A stretch of 64,000 nucleotides of DNA from an uncultured cyanobacterium (GCA_963793425.1 CAWCAG010000007.1:1024001-1088000), one strand, 5' to 3'; shown: positions 1 to 10,070, counted from the first letter of the stretch. Notes: generated from the sequence alone by a model not told the origin. Made by a program: numbers and translations.

Positions 1-9
1 TGCCTTCAT

Positions 10-2022
10 CTAACGCCAATCATCCCTAGAACGGAAAATAGAAGTATTGGGAAAAGAAATAGGATTATCTTCTGCTTGTAAGCGACGACGCAACCTTTGT
101 AACTCCGTTTCTCTTAAAGGCAACTCATCCACCAATTGATAAGGTAACAACCCTTCATCCAAAACAAAATCTATCGTTGTCCCGGCTGCTGCCCCAGATG
201 ACCATTCAAAAGAGTGTACCCGATAGGCTGCTGCGGCTATATGAGTAGTGGCAATACTTTTACCCACCACCAAAAAGTTATCAATCTTTTGGGGAATTAA
301 TGCCCGTAAAGGAATCTCAAAAGGATAAGCTTGCCCTGCCCCTTGACGCTCTCCTTCTCTTTCGGCGTTACCCGGTTTTTCTGGAGGACTTTCTACCATA
401 CAAGGATGAAAATCAATGGCATAGTGGGCGATACCCACAGAATCAGGATAAATGCGAGAACGAGTACGCCTTTCTACATTTTCTACTTCTACAATACCGG
501 TCAATACATCTAAAGCATTTATTCCCGCTAACTCAGTCCATAATTTGCGGTAAACATCTTCTGGTAAGTCTTGATAAAATTCACTGCGGTAATCTTGGCG
601 AGAAATATCAATTTCAGCAACATCAAAACCATCCTCATAACCAAAGGAAGGACGACCAATAATTCTCCTGGCTTCTCGCATATAAGGATATTTTGATAAA
701 CCATGAACTGTTCCCATCGGCGAATCTAAACCCGATAGAAAACGGTTGTCTGGTTGAGGTATTTTTACCCCTTCCCCTAGTTGAGAATCGGTTTCCCCTT
801 CTACTAACCAATAATAGTAACCCAGGGAATGTTCCTCTCCCCTCGCTAAGGTTTCTGCCCGCAGTCCCCCTAACCAGCCTCCGGGTGCTAATTGTCCCGT
901 TGCTTCTAACTGTTCGCGAGTATAAATTAAATTATCTTGGGAAGTTCCAGGGCGATAATCATTTCCCCAAGTCCAGTTTTGCATGGAAATATCCCCAGGT
1001 GTGGGAGTGGAGAAACCAATGCCACCAAACTTTTCTTGTTCCCCGGTATCAGGACTCCAAATACGGCGATAGGTGAAGACAAGATCAAAGTCTGCTAACC
1101 TTTCTAATTCGTAACTATAATAAGGTTCATATTGAGGATAAAACTCCGGCATTTCCTGGGTTTGGGGTTCTTCCGTTGCTTCCATGGCAAAGGTATAAGT
1201 GAACCCTTGGGTACAATAGGAATCGCCTTCTACACTAGCGGAGGAAGGTTCGCGGTAGGAACGAGAATCGATGCCTAAACGGTAGGGGACATCCGCTAGG
1301 GCAATAATTTCCCCTGTTTCTGTGGCATCAACCACATACCAATTGGCGGGTTGAGAGGTTTCTGTGGCTAAGGGAACAAAACGAATAACATTTTTCGTAA
1401 GTAAGTCAGAGTCTTCGTAGCGATAAGCCTCTTCAATAGTTTGAGAAAGGGGATAGGTGTTTAAAGGAGGGGCATCGGGGGCGCTTTGATGTTGAATGGC
1501 GATCGCGCTTGCCATTTGTTCGGCACTATTACTAGTCGGAACAGTACTAATCTCTTTAATAACCGTAGAAGGGAACCATCTTAAAGTACCTTTACCTCTT
1601 CTTGCTGCATCCTGCAACATGGAAATAAGAACATCATGACCATCTTCGGGTAAAAAGCAAGACTCACTCACCCAACAATCACCGGGGTTAAGTTCCCCAT
1701 AACGATCCTTAATTCTTTGGCGCAATTCTAAATAACCACGGGGATAATAAAGAAGCGATCGCTGGGTTGGGCGTTCATCTAAAGCAGATGTTCCTTGGGA
1801 AGAGATTTGTCCCCCTAACCAGTCGGTAATCTCTGTGAGGCAAACGGTACGCCCAGCTAATAAACTTTCATAGGCAGTAGCGGCCCCCGCTAGCCCTCCT
1901 CCCACAACTAAGACTTCACATTCTACGTTTTCCACAGCAGAATCAGATTGGGCAAAGGTGGGTTGAGTAGTTAATCCGATTAAACCTAAGCACAGAGATA
2001 TTTTAGTTAGCGATCGCTTCAT
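10..2022 (-). CDS. Exported FAD-dependent oxidoreductase (FAD_oxidored-like)
   Basis: Signal-peptide-like N-terminus (…PTFAQ), Rossmann motif VLVVGGGLAG, GGQISSQG motif, VVDATETGE, PYMREARR, C-terminal IPLRALIP..GKSI. Confidence 0.8.
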   Translation of the reverse strand: MKRSLTKISLCLGLIGLTTQPTFAQSDSAVENVECEVLVVGGGLAGAATAYESLLAGRTVCLTEITDWLGGQISSQGTSALDERPTQRSLLYYPRGYLELRQRIKDRYGELNPGDCWVSESCFLPEDGHDVLISMLQDAARRGKGTLRWFPSTVIKEISTVPTSNSAEQMASAIAIQHQSAPDAPPLNTYPLSQTIEEAYRYEDSDLLTKNVIRFVPLATETSQPANWYVVDATETGEIIALADVPYRLGIDSRSYREPSSASVEGDSYCTQGFTYTFAMEATEEPQTQEMPEFYPQYEPYYSYELERLADFDLVFTYRRIWSPDTGEQEKFGGIGFSTPTPGDISMQNWTWGNDYRPGTSQDNLIYTREQLEATGQLAPGGWLGGLRAETLARGEEHSLGYYYWLVEGETDSQLGEGVKIPQPDNRFLSGLDSPMGTVHGLSKYPYMREARRIIGRPSFGYEDGFDVAEIDISRQDYRSEFYQDLPEDVYRKLWTELAGINALDVLTGIVEVENVERRTRSRIYPDSVGIAHYAIDFHPCMVESPPEKPGNAEREGERQGAGQAYPFEIPLRALIPQKIDNFLVVGKSIATTHIAAAAYRVHSFEWSSGAAAGTTIDFVLDEGLLPYQLVDELPLRETELQRLRRRLQAEDNPISFPNTSIFRSRDDWR
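1499..2017. repeat. HIP1 octamers GCGATCGC (example cluster; dispersed throughout the window)
   Basis: Sites at 1499, 1755, 2010, 8083 and many others. Confidence 0.9.
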
Positions 2023-2044
2023 ATGTTTGTTGATTTTCTTGTTG

Positions 2045-2356
2045 TTAATTATTTGTTGTCCGCAGTTGTTGCCATAAAATCTGGAACATTAGGGCGATTA
2101 AGCCAACAGACACTAAAGTAAAAATTCCAGTTCCCAAGGCAGACATTCCTACAACCAAGGTACGTACAGCCACAGCAATATTCATAGCGGTGACATTGCC
2201 ACTCGGAAGAGGCTTATGGGCAAAGGTTTCCGCAATGGAAGAAGTTAGGGCATAAAGGGCTAAGCCAAACCCTCCAGAAATGATGGCCCCGACTAAGCAA
2301 CGCCAGGGACTAGCAGTTTTTTGTTCTTTTGGAGATTCAGAGTTACTCATAAACAC
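2045..2356 (-). CDS. DUF3082-like small membrane protein
   Basis: Two hydrophobic segments; NIAVAVRTLVVG motif typical of this cyanobacterial/plastid family. Confidence 0.7.
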   Translation of the reverse strand: MFMSNSESPKEQKTASPWRCLVGAIISGGFGLALYALTSSIAETFAHKPLPSGNVTAMNIAVAVRTLVVGMSALGTGIFTLVSVGLIALMFQILWQQLRTTNN

Positions 2357-2433
2357 GCTCGATGGGTAATTTAGAAATAGGGTGTTGTTAACAATATCTC
2401 TAATAATTCTGCAATCTTTTCACCCAATAACCA

Positions 2434-3267
2434 ATGCAAATAGAATGGCAAGTTGCCAAAACCTACGAAGATATCCTTTATCACAAACAAGACGGCATTG
2501 CTAAAATTACCATCAATCGTCCCCAAAAACGAAATGCCTTTCGCCCCCAAACAGTTTTTGAAATGTATGAGGCTTTCTGTGATGCCCGTGAAGATCCTAG
2601 TGTGGGAGTAATTCTTTTAACCGGGGCAGGGCCCCATACTGATGGTAAATATGCCTTTTGTTCCGGGGGTGATCAAAGTGTACGAGGCAAAGCTGGTTAC
2701 GTGGGAGATGATGGCGTACCCAGGTTAAATGTCCTCGATTTACAGCGCTTAATTCGTTCTTTGCCTAAAGTTGTTATCGCCCTAGTCGCTGGTTATGCCA
2801 TTGGAGGTGGCCATGTTTTACATCTCATTTGTGACTTAACGATTGCTGCTGATAATGCCATTTTTGGGCAAACTGGCCCCAAGGTAGGTAGCTTTGATGG
2901 TGGATTTGGGGCTAGCTATCTTGCCCGTGTTGTTGGACAAAAGAAAGCTAGGGAAATTTGGTTTCTCTGTCGCCAATATAATGCGGCCCAAGCTTTAGAA
3001 ATGGGTCTGGTTAATACTGTAGTTTCAGTAGAGCAATTAGAGGCTGAAGGTGTCCAATGGGGGCAAGAAATTTTAGAAAAAAGTCCCACCGCCATTCGTT
3101 GTCTAAAATCTGCTTTTAATGCTGATTGTGATGGGCAAGCGGGCTTACAAGAATTAGCGGGTAATGCCACTTTACTCTATTACATGACTGAAGAAGGTTC
3201 CGAGGGCAAACAAGCATTTTTAGAAAAACGTAAACCTGATTTTCGTCAATATCCTTGGTTGCCTTAA
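2434..3267 (+). CDS. menB: 1,4-dihydroxy-2-naphthoyl-CoA synthase
   Basis: Crotonase fold: [23 protein letters not shown]-terminal [10 protein letters not shown]. Confidence 0.97.
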   Translation: MQIEWQVAKTYEDILYHKQDGIAKITINRPQKRNAFRPQTVFEMYEAFCDAREDPSVGVILLTGAGPHTDGKYAFCSGGDQSVRGKAGYVGDDGVPRLNVLDLQRLIRSLPKVVIALVAGYAIGGGHVLHLICDLTIAADNAIFGQTGPKVGSFDGGFGASYLARVVGQKKAREIWFLCRQYNAAQALEMGLVNTVVSVEQLEAEGVQWGQEILEKSPTAIRCLKSAFNADCDGQAGLQELAGNATLLYYMTEEGSEGKQAFLEKRKPDFRQYPWLP

Positions 3268-3380
3268 GTTTAATATTTTCTTAATAAAGTTTGATGCTAA
3301 TTTGAGCTATTTGAGCTAATTCAATAGTTTTGTGGCAAAACTTATCCCTAATTCCCATCAATCATCTCTTTTAATGCTAA

Positions 3381-3446
3381 TCAGGTAGGACTAAACCCAT
3401 CAGCCTAACTTTTAGTTAATAACTGATCTGTTTTCGTCCTACCTGA
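3381..3446. terminator. Long inverted repeat between convergent genes (possible bidirectional terminator)
   Basis: TCAGGTAGGAC…GTCCTACCTGA arms plus inner ATCAG/CTGAT pairing. Confidence 0.45.
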
Positions 3447-3507
3447 ATTTTATTCTTCAAAAAAAGGTATTTATCTTTACTTTTATTCTCGTAGCAGAAA
3501 AGCCAAT

Positions 3508-3789
3508 TTACTGAGCAAATACTTCTTCTGAAGAAGCAGTTTCCAAAGGCTGTACTTCCGATGAATAGTCAAGAACAAGGGAATTTTCCAAGGAAGCAAT
3601 ATCTTCTTCTAAATGTTCCCAAACATCGGTTTCAAATGGTGGAGCCGCTAAAGAACAAGCTTTCCAATTACCTTGTACTGGAACGCAAAGTTGTTGGCAC
3701 ATTCCGCCCCGTCTTCCTTCGGGTTTATAGTGGCCGCAGCAGCGACAGGCAGAGGTTAAAAAAAGTTGTGTTTTCATATGTTTTTTCAA
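3508..3789 (-). CDS. Small Cys-rich hypothetical protein
   Basis: CRCC-x-EGRRGGMC…WKAC motif followed by acidic tail. Confidence 0.7.
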   Translation of the reverse strand: MKKHMKTQLFLTSACRCCGHYKPEGRRGGMCQQLCVPVQGNWKACSLAAPPFETDVWEHLEEDIASLENSLVLDYSSEVQPLETASSEEVFAQ

Positions 3790-4410
3790 AAAGGATTGTC
3801 TTTCTTGAAGCTCCAGTTTTAATTTAGTCTTTTCCGGAAAACTTCTTTTTTCTAATCAAACGATGATTATATAAGGCTTATAATTACTTCTCATAATAAC
3901 TTGCTTTTAAGATTTTCTTTAGAATTATGTTATAAATAGATACATAATCCTTGAAACTTAATTTAAAGCTATGAAGTAATCTCAAGAACTAATATAGATT
4001 TTAACTAAAAACAGATAGGGATCAAGCTAAAAAAGGATGAAATCCTTAATCAGGATTAGATAGCTAGTGATTGATTACTACTTAGGTAGGAGAAAACAAA
4101 CTACTTTAATCTCAATTTGCATAAATAAATGTACGGGGATCACAGCTCAAGGTGTACTACGATCACAGATTAGATAGTGTCAGCATTGATACTTAAATAA
4201 AAAGATTTCTCTATCTGGTGAAGTTTAAAAAATTTGCTACTAGTATCAAAACCATCCTCAAAAGAATCATGCTGAAACTATTGATTTCAGGTTAAATAGC
4301 CCTAAGCCCTAAAAAGTTCCTTCCTTTTTCCAGTGCCAAAATCAGCAAATGTTTAGGTATACTCTTGGCAAGATAAATATGAATTGAACATTTAGGGAAA
4401 ATTTTAATTT

Positions 4411-5616
4411 ATGAATACACCTACCTCAAAACCAGCCTTAAATCCCTTATTAAAAGCAGCACTCAGCAGCTTAGATATAAATTTAGAAGAAGAGTTAATC
4501 CGCTATCGACGTTTAAGCAAAGGAAGTAAACCCGGGGAGAGTCAATCCAACTTTCATCGAGGAAACACCTTAGCTTCTCCCCCTACTGCTACTGAAACTC
4601 TAGACTTATCTAGCCTGGAAGAAATCTCTGATTTGGATTCTGTTTCTACTACCACAGAAATTAACCTCACCACTCAGTTACAAGAAGACTCTTCTCAAGA
4701 AGATGCCACTGCGAACTTAGTACATCAACCAACAGAATCTGAAGAGAAGCAAAATCTAGCCGAACCAACCAACAATCAGCAACCACCCGAAGATTATCTA
4801 GAATCTTCAGAACAACTGCTACGTTCTTTAGAGGAAAAAAAATCAGAGGAGAAACAACCCCAACAGAAGAAGAATCCAGCCTGGAAACAAATTCTCTTCT
4901 CTCCTTTAGGAATTGCTTCTGTAGCCGTTTTTGTCGTTGCTAGTACCCTTTTGGGGGCAACTTTATTAGACCCCCAAACAGCTAGTAAACTAGGTTTAGG
5001 GGGCTTACTTGGCTATGGAGATGGCGATGTTGAAGTTGAACCAATAGATCAGGCTGCTATTGAAGCAGAACAAGCCAAAGCTAGTCCTAGTGGCCCAAAT
5101 CTTGCTAATAATGAGGAGTTCACTAAGGAATTAGATTTAGATACCTTAAGTACAGTAGAGTCTGGAGCAACTCCTGATGCAACGGCTGCTACTAGCGAAA
5201 CTCCTGCGGCCATTCCCTCTCCCACCCTCCCTCCTAACCCCGCACCTCAAGCAGGATCTTCGGATCTTACAGAAGCTTTAATTCCCCGCAGTATAGGTTC
5301 CCCAAGCGACCCAAATGCGCCAACAGCGGTTCCTAACAACGTCGCTCCTCCTTCCCCATCTGCTTCAGTCTCCGCAGTACCAGAAGCAGTACCTGCACCG
5401 GGTAACAATGAACCTTACCACTTTGTCATTGTTGATTACACGGGGGCTGATTCTCTCACTCAAGCAAGAACAGTTGTTAAAGATGCCTACCTAAGAGAAT
5501 TTGGTCAAAGTGTCAAAATACAAATGAGTGCTTCCAATACTGAAGCTGAGGCGCAAAGATTGGTTGAGCAACTAAAACAGAATGGTATCTCTGCTTCAGT
5601 TTTTAATAATGAGTAA
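4411..5616 (+). CDS. Single-TM protein with Pro-rich linker and C-terminal SPOR-like domain
   Basis: LDINLEEELIRYRR N-terminal motif, YLESSEQLLRSL motif, TM segment, C-terminal EAQRLVEQLKQNGISA. Confidence 0.65.
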   Translation: MNTPTSKPALNPLLKAALSSLDINLEEELIRYRRLSKGSKPGESQSNFHRGNTLASPPTATETLDLSSLEEISDLDSVSTTTEINLTTQLQEDSSQEDATANLVHQPTESEEKQNLAEPTNNQQPPEDYLESSEQLLRSLEEKKSEEKQPQQKKNPAWKQILFSPLGIASVAVFVVASTLLGATLLDPQTASKLGLGGLLGYGDGDVEVEPIDQAAIEAEQAKASPSGPNLANNEEFTKELDLDTLSTVESGATPDATAATSETPAAIPSPTLPPNPAPQAGSSDLTEALIPRSIGSPSDPNAPTAVPNNVAPPSPSASVSAVPEAVPAPGNNEPYHFVIVDYTGADSLTQARTVVKDAYLREFGQSVKIQMSASNTEAEAQRLVEQLKQNGISASVFNNE

Positions 5617-5730
5617 TATCAATTCCTGCCCTTGTTGCATGACTTATCTGTTAGGGTGGGAAGCAGGGAGCAGGAAGCAGGGAAAAGGGTTTGAGAATTT
5701 TATCCTTTGATTTCGATTTGGTATGAGATT

Positions 5731-6204
5731 ATGGCTTTTATAGAGCGCATTTTGGTTGGAGTACGGGCCAACCTTAATCACTTAGTGAGGAAAAATGAAG
5801 ATCCTGAAAAGCTCCTAGAACAGCTTGTAGAAGAGCTAAAGCAAGACCTGCTAATTTTGCGTCAGAATATGGCTGGGGCGATCGCAACTCAGAAACGTAT
5901 GCAAAGACAATTGGCATATGCTGAATCTTCTGCTCAGGGCTGGTATAATCGTGCCAAGTTAGCTTTAGAACAAGGGCAAGAAGACTTAGCTAGGGAATAC
6001 CTTTCTCATCGTCAATCTCAACGAAAAGTAGCTCAAGCTTTGCAAGAGCAGTTAGTTCAACAAGAAACAGTTATCAGCAAGCTGAAAGAAAATTTGTGGT
6101 TTTTAGAAACTAAGATTGCTGAAACTAAAACCAAAAGAGATATGTATATAGTGAGGTTTCGTTCTGCTGTGGTTCAAGAAAAACTACACAAATTAACAAA
6201 TTAG
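5731..6204 (+). CDS. PspA/IM30 family protein, short (lacks C-terminal helices)
   Basis: EDPEKLLEQ, AKLALEQGQEDLARE motifs; ATG at 5731 preferred over TTG at 5707. Confidence 0.8.
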   Translation: MAFIERILVGVRANLNHLVRKNEDPEKLLEQLVEELKQDLLILRQNMAGAIATQKRMQRQLAYAESSAQGWYNRAKLALEQGQEDLAREYLSHRQSQRKVAQALQEQLVQQETVISKLKENLWFLETKIAETKTKRDMYIVRFRSAVVQEKLHKLTN

Positions 6205-6213
6205 TTAATCGAG

Positions 6214-6663
6214 TTAGTTAACAACTTTCGTGATTAACAACAAACCATCTGCTGCTCTTAAAACAATGTAAGCTTTCGTGAAAGTTGGAGTAGATGTTGA
6301 TACTTCTCCTTTGAATGTAAAATGTCTTCCTCTTCTCCTTTGAAAGAAACCAGAAATTTCTATGACTCGAACCGGAGTATTAAAAAGGGGATGATCTGCT
6401 TCTATATGCCCTAATAATTGTTCCTGTGCTTCTTCATAGCTCATCAAACTAGACTTAATGACTTTTGAATTAGTTGCTTTAAATCTTTTTGAGGCTATTT
6501 CAAGCGCTTCCTCCCCTGCAAGTTGTTCGCCGATATCTGCGGTTGGGTTAGCAGGTGGTGGAAAACCTGGCGATGGAGAGGTATCGAGAGGAGGTAATTG
6601 GCGTTTGACATCTTCAAGATTTGGCCTTGGTTCTATAGGAAAATTCATAGGAGAAGCTGACAA
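6214..6663 (-). CDS. Hypothetical protein, possibly 5'-degenerate
   Basis: 149-aa ORF, Pro-rich N-terminus then alpha/beta-like region; in-frame TAA at 6679-6681 just upstream. Confidence 0.5.
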   Translation of the reverse strand: MSASPMNFPIEPRPNLEDVKRQLPPLDTSPSPGFPPPANPTADIGEQLAGEEALEIASKRFKATNSKVIKSSLMSYEEAQEQLLGHIEADHPLFNTPVRVIEISGFFQRRRGRHFTFKGEVSTSTPTFTKAYIVLRAADGLLLITKVVN

Positions 6664-6727
6664 ATCTGATTGTTCATTTTAAGCTAATGACAGATAAGTC
6701 ATAGCACTCAACAGAGTTTGGTATAAT

Positions 6728-7315
6728 TTATTCTTGATTGATTTGAAAATTCACACCTTCGTAAATATCTTGTAAGGATATTTCTAACTCCACCGACTCT
6801 AGAGAAATAATAGAATCAACTGACTCATACTCAGTTAATTGCCATTGATTAGTCGCAGTTTTACTATATTGCAGTAGACGATACTCACTTTGTTCAATTA
6901 GGAGATATTCTTGAAACTCTGCAATGGAACGGTAGTATAAAAACTTATCACCTTGGTCATAATTCTTAGTGGATTTTGATAACACTTCTACAATCAACCT
7001 GGGGTTCATAACTGTTGTTGTCCCCTTTCCTGTATAAATAGGTTCACCCGAAATCACCATCACATCCGGATAAGTATACTGGCGATAACGAGGTATCCAT
7101 AAACGCACATCACCCATGTAGACCTTGCAGTTTTTCCCTTTCAAACTAAGCTTCAAGTTAGCAGCAACATTAAGAGTAATTTCATTGTGATTAGTCGTGC
7201 CGCCAGCCATCTGTATAATTTCTCCATCCCGATATTCATTTCTGTACTTTGCTGTTTCTTCTTGTTCTAAATACTCTTCCGGTGTGTAGTATTTTTGTTG
7301 AGTTTGTATTGGCAT
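6728..7315 (-). CDS. Uma2 family (PD-(D/E)xK) putative endonuclease
   Basis: YTPEEYL…EYRDGEIIQMAGGT..H, YPDVMV, VEVLSKST..YD.G.KF..YR motifs. Confidence 0.92.
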   Translation of the reverse strand: MPIQTQQKYYTPEEYLEQEETAKYRNEYRDGEIIQMAGGTTNHNEITLNVAANLKLSLKGKNCKVYMGDVRLWIPRYRQYTYPDVMVISGEPIYTGKGTTTVMNPRLIVEVLSKSTKNYDQGDKFLYYRSIAEFQEYLLIEQSEYRLLQYSKTATNQWQLTEYESVDSIISLESVELEISLQDIYEGVNFQINQE

Positions 7316-7354
7316 TTTCCTTACTTTTATTAGTTTCCCGATTTTTAATTTAAT

Positions 7355-7936
7355 TCAATTTGATTTTAGACCCTGTAAATCATCTTTAATCTCAGTCCAA
7401 AGAGTACGATTATAAGGATCTGTCCGTAGAGCTTTCTTAAAATAGATTTTGGCTTTTTTTACTTGCTGATTTCTTCTTCTACCCATAGCATCTCGCAACA
7501 ACTTTCTTCCTTGTTGTTGATAAGTAATTGCTTGCCACTGGCGTACTTCTGGGTCTAAAGGCCAACGTTGTGCTAAAGCTTCTACCAAAGTGATTGCCCT
7601 TGCGAACTTCCCTTCTTGTAACAATTGCTGTAGAGATTTATAGAAGTCCCACTTCAGTTTTTGGTCTTGAGTAGATAACTTAGGAACAAAATTACAAGGC
7701 CGAGGTTGAGGTTTTGCCGGGCTAGAAGTGTTCCGAGAAGTTTCTTGCCTCTCCAAGGTTTTAAGCAGGTGTTTATAAGCATCTGTAAGCTGAATAAACT
7801 TAGCTTGTGCTTCTTGGTTATCTGGATTGATATCAGGGTGATAGTGCCTTGCCAAACGACGATAGGCGCTCTTAACTTGTTCTGAATTAGCTCCAGATTT
7901 CAAACCCAACAAGTTATAGCAGTTTGCCAGAGTCAT
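7355..7936 (-). CDS. J-domain (DnaJ-like) protein with helical C-terminus
   Basis: YNLLGL…KSAYRRLARHYHPD J-domain. Confidence 0.9.
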   Translation of the reverse strand: MTLANCYNLLGLKSGANSEQVKSAYRRLARHYHPDINPDNQEAQAKFIQLTDAYKHLLKTLERQETSRNTSSPAKPQPRPCNFVPKLSTQDQKLKWDFYKSLQQLLQEGKFARAITLVEALAQRWPLDPEVRQWQAITYQQQGRKLLRDAMGRRRNQQVKKAKIYFKKALRTDPYNRTLWTEIKDDLQGLKSN

Positions 7937-8084
7937 TAATAATGTTGCAATTAATACATATTTTAGGAGTCTCAGCTTTTGGTCAGTAACAAACTTTCCT
8001 TAGCTTTTTCGGTATGCCCTGATATCCACTTCTTTGATTTAGCTAGAGTTCAGTTAACAGTCACAAAATTATAAGCTAATTAGC

Positions 8085-8124
8085 GATCGCTTCAAGAAAA
8101 GGTCTAGTTTTTCTTGAAGCGATC
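8085..8124 (-). terminator. 16-bp-stem hairpin downstream of clpP
   Basis: GATCGCTTCAAGAAAA-N8-TTTTCTTGAAGCGATC perfect arms; overlaps a HIP1 site. Confidence 0.6.
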
Positions 8125-8150
8125 ACGAAAACAGAGAAACTATGAAGACT

Positions 8151-8747
8151 CTAATTTGGTCTTTCACTAATCACCCGGTCAATTATGCCGTACTCTTTAG
8201 ACTCTTCTGCTGACATAAAGAAGTCTCGATCAACATCCTTCTCTATTTTCTCCACAGCTTGACCAGTACGATCAGCATACATTTGGTTAAGTTGTCGGCG
8301 CATACGGATAATTTCTCTGGCTTCAATTTCGATATCCGTTGCTTGACCCCTTGCCCCACCAGAAGGTTGGTGAATCATAATGCGGGAATGTGGTAAAGCT
8401 AAGCGCTTTCCTTTGGTTCCAGCAGCAAGAAGGAAAGAACCCATAGATGCAGCCAAACCGACACAAATGGTCACAACATCAGATTTAATATGTTGCATAG
8501 TATCGTAGATACCCAAGCCCGCCGTAACGCTTCCCCCAGGGGAGTTGATGTAAAGATAAATATCCTTACCAGGATCATCGGAATCCAAATAAAGCATCAC
8601 AGCAATAATCTGATTAGCTAACTCATCATCAACTTCTTTACCGAGGAAGATAATACGCTCTCGATAGAGACGATTATAGATATCAATCCATTGAGTATAT
8701 TGTTCCCCTGGCATTCTATAAGGAACTTTAGGGACACCAATCGGCAT
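8151..8747 (-). CDS. clpP: ATP-dependent Clp protease proteolytic subunit (ClpP3 type)
   Basis: [10 protein letters not shown] start, YINSPGG, catalytic AASMG and IHQP. Confidence 0.95.
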   Translation of the reverse strand: MPIGVPKVPYRMPGEQYTQWIDIYNRLYRERIIFLGKEVDDELANQIIAVMLYLDSDDPGKDIYLYINSPGGSVTAGLGIYDTMQHIKSDVVTICVGLAASMGSFLLAAGTKGKRLALPHSRIMIHQPSGGARGQATDIEIEAREIIRMRRQLNQMYADRTGQAVEKIEKDVDRDFFMSAEESKEYGIIDRVISERPN

Positions 8748-8790
8748 AATTTGCTCCGTTGTTTTTAGTTATTTAAGACAGTATTTTTTT

Positions 8791-9468
8791 TTAGATAGAA
8801 CCAGAAGGAATCGGAATTTGCGCTCCTTCAGAAGCTTCCAAAACCCGATCTATTAAGCCATACTCCACTGCTTCAGCAGGAGTTAAATAGAAGGTTCTGT
8901 CCATATCTTTGACCAGTTTTTCTGGCTCTTGACCTGTGTTTTTGGCCAAAATATCAATGGTGGTTTTTTTATTAGCAATGACCTCGCGGGCGCGAATTTG
9001 AATATCTGTCGCTTGCCCTTGGGCATAGCTCCTTGGTTGATTCAAAATAATTGAAGCGTGGGGTAAACTCGCTCGACAACCTTTTGTTCCCGAAGACAGT
9101 AACATCGCTGCCATACCCATAGCCATACCTAAGCAAATGGTATGCACAGGAGGCTTAATGTAATTAATAGTATCGCAAATGGCAAAAGCTTCTGTATCAA
9201 AGCCTATAGGCTCACCATCATAGTAAGACGTACCTGTGGAGTTGATGTAAATTTTGATTGGTTTATCGGGGTCGTCGTACTGCAAATACAGTAGTTCTGC
9301 CACAATTAATTCTGTTACCTGGGGAACTAAAGGCATACCCAAATAAACAATCCTCTCTTTTAATAACAAGGAGGGCAAATCTGGGGGAGGAGTTCTGTAG
9401 GATGCACCCCCACCATAGGGAGCTTGAACAGCTTGAATCTGTGATTTCATGGGGTTGTCAGGGGTCAT
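8791..9468 (-). CDS. clpR: Non-catalytic Clp subunit ClpR
   Basis: PPPDLPSLLLKERIVYLGMP; catalytic Ser/His replaced (AMGMA, LNQP); directly upstream of clpP3. Confidence 0.9.
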   Translation of the reverse strand: MTPDNPMKSQIQAVQAPYGGGASYRTPPPDLPSLLLKERIVYLGMPLVPQVTELIVAELLYLQYDDPDKPIKIYINSTGTSYYDGEPIGFDTEAFAICDTINYIKPPVHTICLGMAMGMAAMLLSSGTKGCRASLPHASIILNQPRSYAQGQATDIQIRAREVIANKKTTIDILAKNTGQEPEKLVKDMDRTFYLTPAEAVEYGLIDRVLEASEGAQIPIPSGSI

Positions 9469-9662
9469 TGGTAATTGGCCATGGAATTTAGAGGTTTACA
9501 GGCATTTTTGCTGTAGCCGTTAGGAGAGGTTGTGAGGTTATGAAAAACTTTAACCTGCAACCATCAGCACCACGGACACGCCTTATTTATAAGGCTATTA
9601 CCCTTAGATTCTAGCTTATTGCCTACAATTACCTGTGGTTGTCAAAGATGCCTTAGGGGGAG

Positions 9663-9938
9663 GAAATTACACCAAGCTTAATTAATCGTCAAGAAGGAAA
9701 AGCAGAATATATCCGAGAGGACTTAGGAAACGGAGTCAGCTTGAAAATGGTAAAAATTCCTGGGGGAACTTTTCTTATGGGTTCCCCTAATGATGAAGAA
9801 GGGATATCTGATAGCGAAGGGCCGCAACATGAAGTAAATGTTCCTTCCTTTTATATGGGCAAGTATGCTATCACCCAAGCCCAATGGCAAGTAATCATGG
9901 GTAACAATCCTGCTAAATTTTTATCCGTAGCGGCTTGA
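9663..9938 (+). pseudogene. Remnant of FGE-sulfatase (SUMF1/CLec-fold) domain protein
   Basis: Open frame EYIREDLGNGVSLKMVKIPGGTFLMGSP…EGPQHEV..PSFYMGKYAITQAQW…NNPAKF then abruptly LSVAA-stop; rest of domain missing. Confidence 0.8.
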
Positions 9939-10070
9939 AGTTCTCAGATTCATGAATTACATTTTGATAGCTCAGAAACAAATTTGTCTGAGCAAGGATA
10001 GCTATCAATTGGCAATAATTGTCATAATCTGCCATGATTGGGGTTAGAAACACTTTCATCAGAAATATCC

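Noticed and set aside
300..1076. Plus-strand ORFs within the oxidoreductase gene, and similar shadow ORFs elsewhere (e.g. 2916, 16328, 25190-25648, 31549, 34222, 38265-39407, 61201-62841)
   Set aside because: Antisense or alternative-frame overlaps of well-supported genes, with no protein-like motifs
9663..9938. DGR or selenoneine (senA) locus
   Set aside because: Only a short FGE fragment; no RT, template repeat or senB, and it is 31 kb from selD
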